Source: Antedon mediterranea
Lineage: Eukaryota; Animalia; Echinodermata
DNA length: 64,000 bases
Reading direction: 5' to 3'
NCBI RefSeq assembly: GCF_964355755.1
Contig: NC_092671.1
Coordinates: 19,406,001-19,470,000 of the forward strand
Shown: piece after piece, positions 14,101-56,874 of the stretch
Numbering within the stretch: position 1 is the first letter of the stretch
Layout of the letters: the number at the start of each line of letters is the position of its first letter
The notes under the pieces: generated by a model
The model's input: the letters and a program-made list of their open reading frames with translations, nothing else
Databases searched by the model: none
What the model was told of the DNA's origin: nothing
Position numbers and translations under genes: made by a program

Positions 14101-17100
14101 ATGGATGAGGTGGTAAGTAAGAGATGTATATAGAACATTTCTTTATCGTTTTATTTTCAAAATGAAAAATAATATGTTACAAATTATGATTTCAAAAAAG
14201 GCCAAATAAATACTTTCTCTTGTCTAAATTTGATAAAAGTATAATATGCTATTAATTAAATTAATATAGCATAGACATGCAGGAAATTAATGAATAAAAC
14301 ACACAAAATAAAAGACTTTGGCGGGAGAAATCCTAGTTCTGTAATAATATCAGTACTAGTATTATTGTAGTATAACTCTATCTTTAAAGGTCTGTTTGAT
14401 GTGCCCGAATCTGGTAGTGACATGATGTCATCATTTTCATATATGGGCACATTACATTTTGTTGTCATATAAAATTTGAGAGTGTAGGCATTAATAGTAA
14501 TAAAAATAATGATTTAACTCTAAAAAATTGTTAATTACATAATATATACTGTCACCCTAAACATTTTATTATTTCAAGTTTTGTTGAATATGCCATTTTA
14601 ATGGGAAAAAAAACTGGATTGAAAAAAAATATATATTTACCTGTAAAAAAATGTAATTCAAGGCAAAAAAAAATTCTTAAATTGTCTGTCAGACAATGGT
14701 TTTTGGTTAAAATTAACTGTTTCTTTTGTCTTTTTATAAGTAAAATAAATATTTTTGTTGTTTTTTTTTTACAAAATATGTAACTTAATTAAAACTGCAA
14801 AATGGCCTGTTTAAAGTCTGATTTTATTAATCTTTATTTTTCATGTTTTCGGGGGACAATACATCTTTAAGCAATTTAGTTAACAGAAACCCAACAGTGT
14901 GGTTGTATTACATTCATAAGAAGTAATAAACCTTTTATTTTAATTAATTTAGTATGAAGATCAGACCTCACGTGAGCTTCGGCAAGTCTATGAATCTCAA
15001 AGTAATATTATTAGAGTATTAGGGTGAGTATTGCATACATAAATTTAATGATGAAATAGAATATCACACTTGTTGTTTTAGCATAGATATTTTTTTATAA
15101 TAGTTAACTTTGTATCTAATATTGTTGATTTTAAATGGATGGCAGTAGAACCCCTATTAAGGGTATACCTTCCAGATACAACTGTCTATGTGTGTGTCTT
15201 TAGTGTATATTGGTTCACTGGTCACAGGAAAAGATCTCTTTAATAGGGTTTTCTCTGAATACTGTAGGTATGTCCCAAACTAGGTGTTTATACTCTCCGG
15301 AAAAATAACATACTTTGTTAGTTATTTTATACATACCTTGTTTATTTTGTAACATTATTGTACTATTATTTTGTGGTTTTTGTTACTTTTTTATACCTTA
15401 ATTTTCAAACAGTGCTGAGGATTTTTCTCCAACACTGGTTTAGTGAATTTTTAGGGCTGATAAATTCTGTTAACACTTACAAAAAGAGACAGAGTTTGTT
15501 AACTATTACCAATACTCTACAGAGGAAACTTTGTTGGGTCCGGAAGGTGTCCCCTTTATAAGAAAAACAAAAACTATACCTTTACTAAAGTGTATATGAT
15601 TATCATCATTTATATTTTAGCCATATGTTTATGACTGATACAATTATTTTTTACAATAAAATTTTACATCCTGCAGATCTCTACAAATGAAATTGGATGA
15701 AATTTCTGGTCGTCAAGAAAGGACGATTTCAACAATAACTAACATGGGTTCTATCCAACAAGGACAGCCTGTAGGTCAACCACAAGATGGCATTAAACGA
15801 CATGAAATAGATAACTTGTTAAAAGTACATTCAGATTTACAACGATCAGTAACTGAAATAAGGTTAGTTTTAATATCATATGCAATTAGATAAATCATTA
15901 AAGAATCATTTCTTCTGATATATTTGTTTAAATATGAATCAATCTGTAATTTTTTCTTTAGTTTTAATGTTCAATGAGAACAGACGTTGGTTTTCAAAGG
16001 TATATTACATTTGATAAAACCATTTTCTTTGTTGTTTATTTCATTAGAGCTTCTGTTGGAGATATACAACAGAAGGCAAACTTCATCCATGCTAAAAGCC
16101 AACAGCAAGGTGCAGGTGGAGGTATAGAGGGCGGTCTAATATCACATGAAATACAAGATAATCTTCGTAATATTAAAGCTGATTTGAGTAGTTTAGTTAA
16201 AAGACCTGAGGTATGTTTGTTGCTATTGTATTTCATTTCTAATAATTAATTGATTAATATCCAATTATTATTGGTTTATGCTGTAAACATGTACTACAAA
16301 TGGAGAGAGGCATTATATACCAATAGATAAAGGTTTTGGTTCTCTCTCCTTCATCTTTTTTGTGTGTGTAATGTATTATACCATATGGACAATTGTCTGA
16401 AATAAAAATTGAATTGAATTATGATAGATAGATAGATAGATAGGTGGGTAGGTAATTCATTTGGACTTATCCTTTGTTCCAATAACATGGGGTTAGGCCT
16501 ACCGATGGGTTTCCCAATCAATTGAAAAACAGAATAAAAAAGACATCAATTACAAATATCTATTTTTCAATACTAAAAATAGAGGTTGCTATGAAAAATT
16601 CAATCATGCATGCAAATTCAACTAAACAAAACTGTTCATCAAAAAGAGGCCTAGAGGCCAAAAATTTAAATTGTTATAGCAGAATACCAGTTAGGAGACT
16701 AGGTATAGGCCTTTGTGAACAATAATATGCACTTAGTTTTATCAGTAATTATTGAAATTAAAAATCATTAATATATTGTAATGGTAAATATTTATATATT
16801 ATATACAATTACTTTCATTTGGAAATATTCTCTTGTAACTTTCTCTAATAAATTTGATTTACAGCCAAGGCAGATTGCTTGTCCGCCAATCCCAGAATTC
16901 CCTACGTGTCTAACTCCAATGTACTTTGTTATACTAATCTGTCTACAGTGTGCCATGTTTATTGGTTTTATTATTTATAAGTAAGTAAAGATATTTTTTT
17001 TAATTGTATTATTTAAAACTACCATTAATAAAAAGCTCTACACTCTAAAAATAAAATATTATGTACTGTAATTGTATTTGATTCAATTGAACTCACTCCT

Positions 17101-17287
17101 AATAAGGGGACAAAGCGGACTGTCCTGTTGAATTCTTACAGCAGCAGTTCAAAATCAGGCTACACTTGGTACTACACACTAATAATGTATTACTAATTAA
17201 GTATAACATGTATTAATATTTCACTATTATCAACCTTTTTTTAAAAACAGAAACAAGCAAGAAGCTGCTGCTAAGAAATTTTACTAG
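8104..17287 (+). CDS. LMAN1: Protein ERGIC-53 (mannose-binding L-type lectin cargo receptor), about 496 aa
   Basis: Exons 8104-8272, 8559-8615, 9524-9621, 11126-11395, 11895-12018, 12739-12794, 13333-13430, 14067-14112, 14953-15023, 15677-15862, 16048-16210, 16865-16980, 17251-17287, all GT-AG and phase-consistent. Signal peptide; lectin motifs FKYSLKGPHL, FRVTGRGRIGADGL, FFDSFDND, CLRDFRN, GYFGVTAATGGLADDHD; coiled coil; two membrane-proximal Cys; TM segment; tail KQEAAAKKFY. Confidence 0.96.
9898..9968 (-). tRNA. tRNA-Val(AAC)-like sequence, probably a pseudogene carried by the element
   Basis: GGTTTCGTAGTGTAGTGGTTGTCAAGTCTGCTTAACACGCAGAAGGTCCCGGTTCGAGCCCTGGCGAAACC: perfect acceptor stem, anticodon stem TCTGC/GCAGA, A and B boxes, imperfect D and T arms, downstream T-run. 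Confidence 0.6.
10179..10250 (-). pseudogene. Second, more degenerate tRNA-Val-like copy
   Basis: GGCTTCTTGGCGTAGTGGTTATCACGTTTGCTCAATACGCAGAAGGTACCTGGTTCGAGCCCGGGCTAAACC followed by a T-run; mismatched stems. Confidence 0.6.
13816..14044. repeat. Perfect minisatellite, 9 x 25 bp (AAATACCAATTACCACTGGTAGCTT)
   Basis: Nine identical head-to-tail units 13816-14040 with no spacers, ending about 20 nt before the LMAN1 exon 8 acceptor. Confidence 0.97.
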
Positions 17288-18298
17288 ATGACAGTAAAGC
17301 AGAGATTGAATGTGTTATGAAGTTCTTGTTGGAAAATATGAGGATGACAGCAGCCATTTGACACCTTTGATGGTGCTCTATACAAGATTGAACATGATGC
17401 TGCAATTAAATTTTATTAACTTTAAGGCAGATTTTAATTTATTAACTCATAGATGTTTACATATATGTTACAAAGGAAGGCCCAGCACAGCTCATTATAT
17501 ATTAAATTTCACCCACAGCTAGGTGTAGCTGTCTAGTGTGTGATAGGTTAACAACTTGTAGTGCTCATATTAAGATATAAATGCATCCATTGATGCTTGA
17601 GAAGTGGTAGTAATATGTTTACCACGAAACAACACTACACAGCTCATGGCTCATGTTTTATTGAAATAGTTTAAAAAAAATCATATGCTGTAATTTCATA
17701 CTAAAACTTTAGTTACATATTTGCCAATGACACTAAAGTTACATTACAAAGAACTCTTAGTCTACATATTATTAGGAATGATTCAGTGAACAATAAAAGA
17801 ATTGCATAGCTAAATTTTACTAGGTTCTGGGCCAAAAACGGTGCTACTTATATTAACAAAATTATATAATTTTCAGCTTACAGAAGCTAGTGCTAATTAT
17901 TTTATGTGGTGCACAGTGCTGTATGTGAAATGAATTGATTGTACACAGAGGCATGTCAATGGTATAAAGGCACACATAAAAGGTACGATAATGTGCTGGT
18001 TATTATCCTTTCTCTTTGATTTAATGTACGGTAACAGTAATTCCAATCAATCAATCTCGCATAGTCATATTAAATATATAGCTGTCTTCATTAAATACAT
18101 CTGATAAAGAAATGTTCCTACAGTACTTAAGGTATGTATATTTTTTTGATGGAATAGGGATAACGTACAGTATATAAAATACCACGCACTTTATAACTAT
18201 AGTAATTGTACTTGGTAACTGAATTAATGGAATACATACAATATTGAATACAAGATAATTTTGTTGGCGATATATATTTCACTAAAAATTAGAACTCT

Positions 18299-18523
18299 GG
18301 CCATGTTTCCGCAGCCATAACAAAAATTACCGGTTCATTTTTTAACCAATCGGGTAATTTAAGTAAAATAAATTGTGCATGATCAGTCACTGAACAACCA
18401 AGTGCCCAATCACAATGCAACAATTTTTTCTTCAGGTCAATTGTTGAAAAATACCGCATTTATCGGATAATTATCCTCCACAGGAACTTTATCGGTTAGT
18501 TTTTGACTGCGGAAACACTGCCT
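18299..18523. mobile_element. Small MITE
   Basis: Imperfect TIRs ggccatgtttccgcagcca / tgactgcggaaacactgcc. Confidence 0.55.
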
Positions 18524-18772
18524 TCAAGAAAGCATGAACATATGAATTGCAATACCTTTGTATGTTGTATTTCATTGTGTAATCAGTTTATTTAATATTG
18601 ACAGTTAGAATAATGAATCATCAAATATTTTTGGGTATTTTATTTATTTGGGTTTTTTTTTCTCAGTTTGTATGTACAGCGCTCATGTTTATTTGGTTGG
18701 TCTATATAGCAAAGATATGCTATTTTCACATGTTATCAGACACATGATGTTTGATTAAACTAATCTGACATT

Positions 18773-19252
18773 AGGGAGGTTTCGCAACCTGACGAAAACG
18801 TCACACATTCTGAAACTTTTGAGCTGATCCCCATTTCATATTCGTAATGCGTTTTCGTGTTGACGAATATCACCAGTCATATTCATAACTACAAAACGAG
18901 TATAGTTTTTGATCTATTTTGCATTTGAATCATGAATGATTCATGATTATAATATAATTATAGATTTATTGAAAGTAATTTACTAAAGTAATTTACTAAA
19001 ATGCCAGGTCAATTTTGATAAATAGCAGTTTTAAAGTCCTCACTCGCGTTGATGTTACACTAGGCCTAGGCAGCCAAGCACCAAGCTTAAGCAACACGTA
19101 CCTGCGCTTCGCTCAAATTTACCGCAGTCATATTTTGGACGGCTCCCTCAATATTTCGTTGCCATGCGAAACAGATTTTTACTGGCTTACGAAAACAAAT
19201 ACGTGTGCGTGACGTATCCGTTTTCGTTATCGTAAGATTGCGAAACCTCTCT
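18773..19252. mobile_element. MITE (about 480 bp), PIF/Harbinger-like
   Basis: TIRs agggaggtttcgcaacctgacgaaaacg / cgttttcgttatcgtaagattgcgaaacctctct in a TTA/TAA context. Confidence 0.7.
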
Positions 19253-21322
19253 AATGATTTCCAAAAAATTCCCAATTTCAACATTTTGTAATAATATTAG
19301 TCTTGAATTTCCACTGTGATTATATTTAGTATACAAGAAGAAATAAACAATACAATGTTGATCTATTTCCATGATTATTATTTAATCATATATTTTCTTA
19401 TTAAAAGCATATATAGTTAAAATACAAAAAGGCATACAGAGACATGCATACATACATAGACAATACACAGTCGAATTACTGCCATGTTGATGTAACCAGC
19501 TTCATTATTATTATAAATGTATACTGTAAATAGTCATTTATGCAACTTAGTCAAATACTGTCAGTAGCTGGTTTAAAGATATTTTATTTTGTGTTTTCTA
19601 TATTAGAAATATAATTAAAATTGAGAAATGCTAAATCCATCATTAACCATTCTCTAATGAAATTTTTTGAAATAAATACAATTGTCCTTGGTAGTTTTCT
19701 CTGGTCTAAATAAGCTCTTTCCACAAGTACAGAAAGAATGTGTGTATGTAGTGTACATTCAATTATGGTACAGCAATGCCATTTTACAAGGAGCAGCAAG
19801 CTTCAAATAAATGTATGTAGGAGTGAAATGAATAACAAGCTAATTGCCAGACACTAACAAGTATTGATTGGTATTGATTTATCATCATGCTCAGACATTT
19901 TTATTACAAAATGGAGCAAATAAAACAAATATTAAAATAAAATATTGAAGGTTTGATTAAAACTGCATTAACAAAATAATTGTTATTATGATGGGTTCAT
20001 ATTTTTTTTTGGGAGATGCTCAAGTTTCAAACTGTTTAATAATTACAGTCCCAGCAACCAACAATTATTTTTCAGAGCACAACTTTGGCTCTTTTAAAAT
20101 AATAATGCAACACTGACAATAAACATACATAAAACAAATACATATTATTAAAATTAAAAATCACAATTTCTATTGCTAGCAAAAAACTACATTATTCCAG
20201 GCAGACGAATGAGTGCCGTTTGGTGGCAGCATTCGACATGAAAGGAACACTTAGGCAGAAGAACATTCGTGTACGTCCACACCTGTGCAGAATTCAGCTC
20301 AGTTAGGCTGCAAGCCACATGTTATTCCTCAATATAACAATGGATATATAACATACAAGACATCTTTAAAAAACATTTCAACAAATTAAAAAAAGACCTA
20401 CATTACTGTACACATTTTTTAAATTATTAAAAATAATTGACAACTCAAACATAATTTAAACATTTTAAGTTTAAATCATAAAAACCCCCAAAAACTGTAT
20501 ACTAAGCATTGTTGACAGAGCTGTGTGGACAAAATATTGTCAGAAATATTTAAATTACTTGATGAAAATTGTTTGAAACATTGTTTCCTGATAAACGCTA
20601 TTAATTGACTAGAACCAAGTTATGCGCTCACCCATAGAGATTACATATATGACCTATTCAAGCCTCTAAACATGGAGACTATAACATCTCTATGGCTCAA
20701 TATACTCTGTACGTCCATTATACCTTAGTTAATTTCCTATATGTACACTAACACCATTACTTTCTTCTAAAAACAATGGCCTTATATATAAATAATAATT
20801 ATGACATTGCCTTTCATACAAATCTACTTTTTCATACAGCAATGTTTTATATTTAACGTTAGGTAGGGCTAATTCCAAACGACACGAGATGCGTAATTAA
20901 CAAATTAAAATTGCAAGAATACAATCAGGTGTGCTATAAAAAAAATTGAAATGTTTTCATTCCATGTAGAAAAAAATAATCTACTATTGTGGTTTAGTAC
21001 AGCTAAACTTAAAATAATAAATTATCACCTTATCAAAAATAAGTTTATTTCAGAATCCATACAGTACTGTTACTCGCATAAGACAAGCATAAAATTTACA
21101 ATTGAAAATTGATTGTGTGTGTACATTTGATGAAGTTAAAATTGATGTAGTTTTAATTACTTATAATAAAAAAGATCAAAATGGTGCTGCATGATAAATT
21201 GCAGCTTCCGATATGATCAAATCCGAGGGTTGTTGTATAAGCCAATTATCATAATTATACTTTTTTTCAAATTCAACCATGATTTAGTTTGAGAGAAAAA
21301 GCTATGTACAAAGATAAAATAA

Positions 21323-50253
<28,931 letters not shown>

Positions 50254-51495
50254 CTACAGTATTTCTCTCACAATGTACCTGTAATTGGAACATAATTGTA
50301 AATAAACATGACTGTGGTAGGACAAGCAGAAATATAATTTTATCATAATTTTAAAAAGTGGAGTTTGATAACTGGATGCCCATGGTATGAATATAATTCT
50401 TGTACAATAAAAAAAAAAAATTTTTTTTCTTATTATTATATTGTTTTACTTAGCTATACTACTGTCAGTGTTACTATTGAGTTGCTAAGTGTCTCGATAG
50501 CATTGAATTTAATTTGGTCAAATTAATTCATCAATTGTTTTTGGCTGCACTGTCATTCCATTGGGAAATTAAAACAGTCAAAAATTATTAGTAAAAAGGT
50601 TCATCTGGATCACTGTATAGTATTTTAAGTAAATTTTCTTTTGGATGATCCAAAGTCGAATAAAATTCGTAAACTTAAGTTTTTTACTCTAGCTTTCGCT
50701 GGTCAACGACGCAGCTTAATCATGAGTGAGTCTCTGTGACTTGGACTTGTTACCATTAGATCTGGTATATGGTATAGCGCCATCTATAGATCGTTCAGGT
50801 TTTCCCAAATGGGATTGTTGGGGTCTCCTCTTTAGTAAGTTGTTGTACAATTTTGGGAGTTCCAAATCGCCGTCGTCTCTGTTCATAGTGTTACCATGTT
50901 TTCTTATTTTTATTTTACAGTAGAAATATGTTGATAGCCAAATTAGTTCATTCGTCAATAGGCCTATAGTTACTATGAGGGTTTTATTTTTATTCCAAAT
51001 GGCCTATTTAGGCCTAAATTTTTTAATAAACTTTGTTTACAGATGGTGACCATAAACAAAAAGCAAATGCGGACAATAAAGGGGCCCTCAAATACTATGA
51101 TTTAGACAAAATAGGCCTAGCCCCAGGTCTTACTCTTAGTCACAGAAATCAGCGTACACATGCAGCTGGCCCCAGCCTGGCAAACAATCTCATATACCGA
51201 GGCTTTAGTTTATAGAATGGTTATAGAAACGGTAAATTTCTGTATTCTAGAAATAAAATCAGCATGTTTTGGCCTATCAATAATAACAGACGTAGGCCTA
51301 GGCTACATTTAGTTTTGTCACACGACGGGGATAATAGCGATGAATGAAGAAAATGTTAAGCCGCCGGTTGATCACTGTTTTCGCGATATGAAAAAAAATC
51401 TCAAGTCCTTATACGATGACGTCACACAGGTACCAGCACCCCATTGGCTGACTATGACGTAATGCAATTTTACCGTACCTTTAGCAAACGAAAGT

Positions 51496-52223
51496 TAGGA
51501 TACGGTACCGTATCTTTAGTGGGATATGACCGGTTGGGCCGCCGACAAGTTGAGCCGCCGGTGATTTCTATGAAACGCCCAGTGCATGCATCTTTTACGA
51601 CATTTCGCGTAGTGATTAGGATGGTGTCCTAGTACATAAGTTCATGGTCTTGGTTTATTGTGTCATGAAAATAAATAATATATAATTTCACATTACAATT
51701 AACAACACAGCAAAGGAAAGTAGTAATATTTAATAATTTAATTGTTTTTAATCTTTCGAGGAAAAAATTCAGTGCACTCATCTCATAATTTTTCTCGCGT
51801 GTAGGCCTAGGCCTACCACGTAAAGTCACGTTGTCTCTCAGGATTAATTAATAGAGTATTAACATTCTTCGAATGAGGTTAAATAAATATTATTTTTTAT
51901 TTACTAATCTTATCATATTTTTTTTATTGAATTTTGCAATGTTAATACACAAAATATTTTACTAAAAAACGTGATTTTATATTTTGGAATCTACAAGTCA
52001 GTAAAAACCATGATATATAAACTGTTGAATGTACATCGTTTAATATCCCTAAAATATAAATAGAACGAGCACCGGCGAAAGTTAACATTTGGCGTTCCAT
52101 AGAAAATAACGTTTTTCTGGCGGCGGCTGGCTCAACTTGGCCTAAACTAATCCTCTTTAGCCACGGCGAAAATTAAAATACTCTAAAATAAAATCCGAAA
52201 TAATTAGCCTTAGGTCCTATCCT
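51496..52223. mobile_element. Degraded MITE with TAG...CTA ends
   Basis: taggata ... tatccta ends; internal inverted caagttgagcc-gccg / cggctggctcaacttg and ttctatgaaacgcc / ggcgttccatagaa. Confidence 0.45.
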
Positions 52224-52270
52224 ATGAATTTATATTATAGGTGTTGATACAACAAGCTTCCTAAACTTAC

Positions 52271-52720
52271 CACAACCAATAGCGTATTGCAAAACTTCAA
52301 CAGATTTAGTATGTTGTACGCCCGCTAGGCCTAGGCCCTAGATACTATAGGCTAGCCTAACAGAAAAAAAGCAATTCTTTGGAGTTTTGGTACGGGGACA
52401 GACACCGTCCAGACACTGTCTCACCACCAGGAAAACACCATCAACACGCTTCAATGTCATTCGCTTGCCGAAAGGAATACATTTTCAAATGTGTACTAGT
52501 GTAAATGCTAGCAATAAACAACTTCCTGTACTTCTGTTTTAAATTAATGATAGGAAATAATACTAAATTGACCCCAGAAATTTAAGCCAAAGCGGAAAAC
52601 AAGCTTGAAAATACGGCAGCTAGACCAAGCGACTACATGTAAAACGCATGTGTGTTTATCGGCCAATCAGGCTTTGTTTACACAACACATTAGCCAATGG
52701 GCGGATAGAATAAGCTCTGA
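52271..52720 (-). promoter_or_regulatory. Probable SMAD4 first non-coding exon and promoter
   Basis: Minus-strand donor GTAAGT near 52265-52270; tandem CCAAT boxes (ggccaatcag about 52661, agccaatgggcgg about 52692); raised CpG content. Confidence 0.45.
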
Positions 52721-54262
52721 TTGCACATTAACAACTAACAGGACAGACCATTTCTTTAATGAGGCGCTCTAAAATTGTCTGGTTAAAACAAAAGCTATTT
52801 TCATTATCTTTGCCTATACGATCGAACACAATGAATTTCTGAGAACGCGTAGACGATGAATCCTCATTTTGTATTTTAAAGATAAATTATATAATTGTTC
52901 GCTTAAAAATAATTGTACTGTATTTGTTTTGGTGATGAATCAGAATATGCCATTTTAAAGGTCACATAATATTTACTTTGACCAAAAATTGGATAAAAAA
53001 AAAACCCCTATTATTAAAAAAAAATGTAATTTAACCTTAGTCAAATAATTTTGTCAGACAATTGATTTTTGGTTAAATTTAACAGTTTATTATGTCTTTT
53101 TTTATCAGGTACGGTAACTTCATTGGTTTTTAGATAGGCCTATCCATGAATAAAATATTTTATCATTGAATATACGAGTAACAATATCGTATTTATTCGA
53201 TGAAGATTGATCAATTTGACTATTTTTCAAGTGAATAACTATTAATATATTCAACAAAAAAGGGGGAAACAGTAATTACAGTATTATCTAATCTGAATTT
53301 GGAGATTGCCTCTACCCATATTTGAATTGCATCACACCGGACACAGTATTCAAAGTATGGTGTACATAAAATGCATAGTCAATATTGACTATACCCTGTA
53401 ATGGTAAAAGGTACAAAATCAAAAATATGTGAAATTAAAAAAAATCAAAACACCTGAAGGTGGTGCTATGTAGCTTGTTCTGTAATCTTTGTATACTGTA
53501 TTATGTGGAATTCTTTGAATTAAGAAAACAACATACAAATAAAAAAGTATCTTTAAAAGTTCAGCATTTAATGTTATTCATCACTTGCAAAAAATGTTTA
53601 TGGCACAGATGATAATTTTTTTTAAAGTCCTAGCAAAACTCTTATAGTTGGCCATTTTATTAAAACTGCAAACACATACAAAATACAGTATTAAAGAATA
53701 AAACATGTTCTTCACAGTTTATGTATTGTGAAATGGGTACCTCATATCCATGCAACTGAAATATGATTATGTAATTGCACAGGAAAAAATGGTTAAAAAA
53801 TCCTCAATTAAATATGGACCTGATGCAATACACAATAAAAACAGGTTTAATAATAATAATCTATGTCATTTAATGTAACTTACAATTAAAACTATACATT
53901 ACAAAGTGTTACATCCCTGTTTGCCTATAATTACTGGAAAAATATTAATTAAACAGTTTAACAAACAATTGTAATCTATTATAGAAAGTAATATGAACAT
54001 AAAATAATAAATAAAAATTACATATAATTGTTATTATTATGAATTATTGCAAGATGGCGTAATTACAATGCTAACAATTGTGTTGAAATAGATAATATAA
54101 TTTAAAAATAAACAATGAAACTAATGAACACAGATTAAAATAAAAAAATTAGAATACTTTGATCTTTTACACTACAAACATACTTCCTAAAAAATGCTGC
54201 TGCAGCTTACTAAATTATAAAATGTTTTAAATTACTGTACTATAAAAAGTGTGAGAATTTTA

Positions 54263-56874
54263 TTAGTCACTTCCAGCCTCTGCCATGTAAGCATCTATTT
54301 CAGCATCTAAGGCTCCCTTGGTTTTTGACATGTATGCATCTAGTTGATTATCTAAATCTTCTCGTGACACAACTGCTTGACGATTCTGTCCACGACCGCG
54401 CCCTCTACCAGGCATTTTTCCTCCTCTGCCTCTACCTCTGATATTCTTGCCTTTTCCTCGTATTCCACCACCTGAATATAAAATATTAAAATTATAATTT
54501 AATCATATAAAAAATAAAGGCATATCCAAAAAATAATGAGGCCCAAAAGAAAGAATGGGGTCAATGATTTAAGAATTTTTAGGGCATCAACATAATCGAT
54601 TATATCCCACCTACTAAATTAGGCAGAATTAAAAAACAAATCTACAGTAATGTAATCCACGTATAATCCTACTCCTTCATTATTGCCAAATTTCATTAGC
54701 AGGCTCTCCGGCGGGATTATACTTGGTCATGGTAAGTCAAAATGTAGAAGCAATTATAAATAATGACTAATTACCCCGAGCACGAGATGATAAAACACCA
54801 CGCATCCCGCGTCTGTTTTGAAAACCACGTCCTCGCATTCCACGTGCACCTCTTGTTCCTCCAGATAATTTGTTGTTACGTGCACCACGCCCACCACGTG
54901 ACCATGACATTCCACCTCTGGTCATCCCACCCCTGGTCATTCCACCTCTGGTCATTCCACCTCTGGCCATTCCACCTCTGGCCATTCCACCTCTGGCCAT
55001 TCCACCTCTGGTCTGCCCACCTCTGGCCATTCCACCTCTGGTCTGCCCACCCCTGGCTCCACGCATTCCACCTCTTGCCATTCTTTGACCACCACCACCT
55101 CGTGGGGTATTTCCTTGAGGTATGTTCCGGAATGCTGCTCGACCTCCACCTCTCACACGTCCACCACGTCCCCTTACACCCAACCTTCCACGGATACCTT
55201 GTTGGCCAAGGCGCTGTTGGATAGATTTCTGGTTTTGCTAAATAAAAATTGTATAAAAATAATCATTAATCGTTTTCGGGTAACATGAAATTAGAATGAA
55301 TTAAGACATTTTGGGATATTCAAAAATAAACCTCACTGTCGATGAGATGACAATGAGATAAAGTGACAGTGAGATGAGGTGAAAATGAGATATGTCGATG
55401 AGACGACAATGATATAAAGTGACAATGAGATCAAATGAGTGAGATGAGGTGAAAATGAGATATGTCGATGAGACGACAATGATATAAAGTGACAATGAGA
55501 TAAAATGAGTGAGATGAGGTGAAAATGAGATGAGGTGAAAATGTGATGTGGTGAGATGGCAATGAGATGAGAAGGCATTGATTTCACGAAGGAAAAATTT
55601 ATACAATTATGTGAAATCTTGTGTTTCAGTTATGAAGTTTATGCTAATTTGGTCTTTTTTTATGCTCTTTTGTTTAAATGTCGCTATAACCAAATTTAAT
55701 GCTGTTTCACAGAAGTATGCCTTCTATGCTAGTAATTAGAAATAATTACTTGTGATGTTAGTCCTAATGCTGCTTTAACTGTTGGCCTGTTTTCCATTTG
55801 AAGAGCTAGCCGCTGATTGGCTCGACTTGATTGACGTTGCTGTTGCATTGTATTCAACCTCTGTTGCTGCGTTTGCTTTGGCTTGGACTTGATGATCTTT
55901 GTGAAGCTTGATTTTAGAAACAGTTTCAGTCACTTACATGAGCAATGAATAAATCTGTTTAATGTGGCTCAACACTGGTTTACAGTGACATTAAGTGTAC
56001 AGTAAATCATCATATACAATTAAATGAAACAAACCATATTAAAATGTTGTTTCATCTGATTAATATCATTTCTAAAATACATATATATGATTTCATGAAA
56101 AGTAAACATTTAAAGCCATAAGAAGGAATTCTCAACAATATCCAAAACAAGAGTACTGTATTTATTGAAATATAATTTAAATTTCAATAAATACAGTACT
56201 AATAATTATAGAATTTCATGCTTACTTGTATAACAGAAAACATTGTGTTCGTGCCAACATTATATACAGGACAATTTTAGCATATTATACATAATCAATA
56301 TGCATGCCTGTAACTTTGTGCAACCTCTATTTTGTATTTAATCTCATGGATAAGAAACCAGAGAATTGAAACACATTTTCAATGAGAAGTGAATAATACC
56401 TGTGTAACCTTGCAAAGGTATACAAGTGTTTTGCACAAAACTATAGCCTTATTATTAGGGCCAAAGAAAAAGTAATTACATAATTTAAATCAAAGCATTA
56501 ACCATCAACAGCTCACTTAGCATAAAATACAAGGAGCCAAATCTGGTTAAGGCAAGATGCTTTTACTTGTGTACTTTCCTGGGACAATATTTGGCAATGT
56601 TTGCCCATGTAATCTGTTCTAATTATTGCTCATGTATATAAATTACATGAATTATCACTGAAGGCACCACCACAAGACATCTATAGTCTGTCTACATCTT
56701 TCATACAACAGACAAACAGAGGTCTTACAACATTTGATGCTATTTAACAGTGAACCTTTAATTTAAAGGTTTTTGGTATTAAAGTACGAGATGTCCAGTT
56801 TCATACCGGTCATTTAGTGAAACTTTTGTTGTGCTTTTCAGCACAAATTTTGTTGACGGTTGCAGACCACTCAT
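54263..56874 (-). CDS. CHTOP: Chromatin target of PRMT1 (FOP/SRAG), about 298 aa
   Basis: Exons (minus) 56807-56874, 55750-55906, 54775-55237, 54263-54471. [25 protein letters not shown]...[18 protein letters not shown]; RGG-rich centre; C-terminal FoP duplication [30 protein letters not shown]. Confidence 0.94.
54905..55056 (-). repeat. Coding 15-nt tandem repeat, about 10 x RGG(M/Q)(A/T/S)
   Basis: ccattccacctctgg-type units inside CHTOP coding exon 3. Confidence 0.9.
55337..55575. repeat. Complex purine-rich satellite (gatga/gtgaa subunits, about 70-bp higher-order unit) in a CHTOP intron
   Basis: gtgagatgaggtgaaaatgagatatgtcgatgagacgacaatgatataaagtgacaatgaga repeated. Confidence 0.8.

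Noticed and set aside
54763-55606. ORFs 54763-55224(+), 54870-55088(+), 54952-55149(-), 55301-55606(-), 55333-55587(-) as genes
   Set aside because: Shadow frames of the CHTOP RGG repeat or of an intronic satellite.
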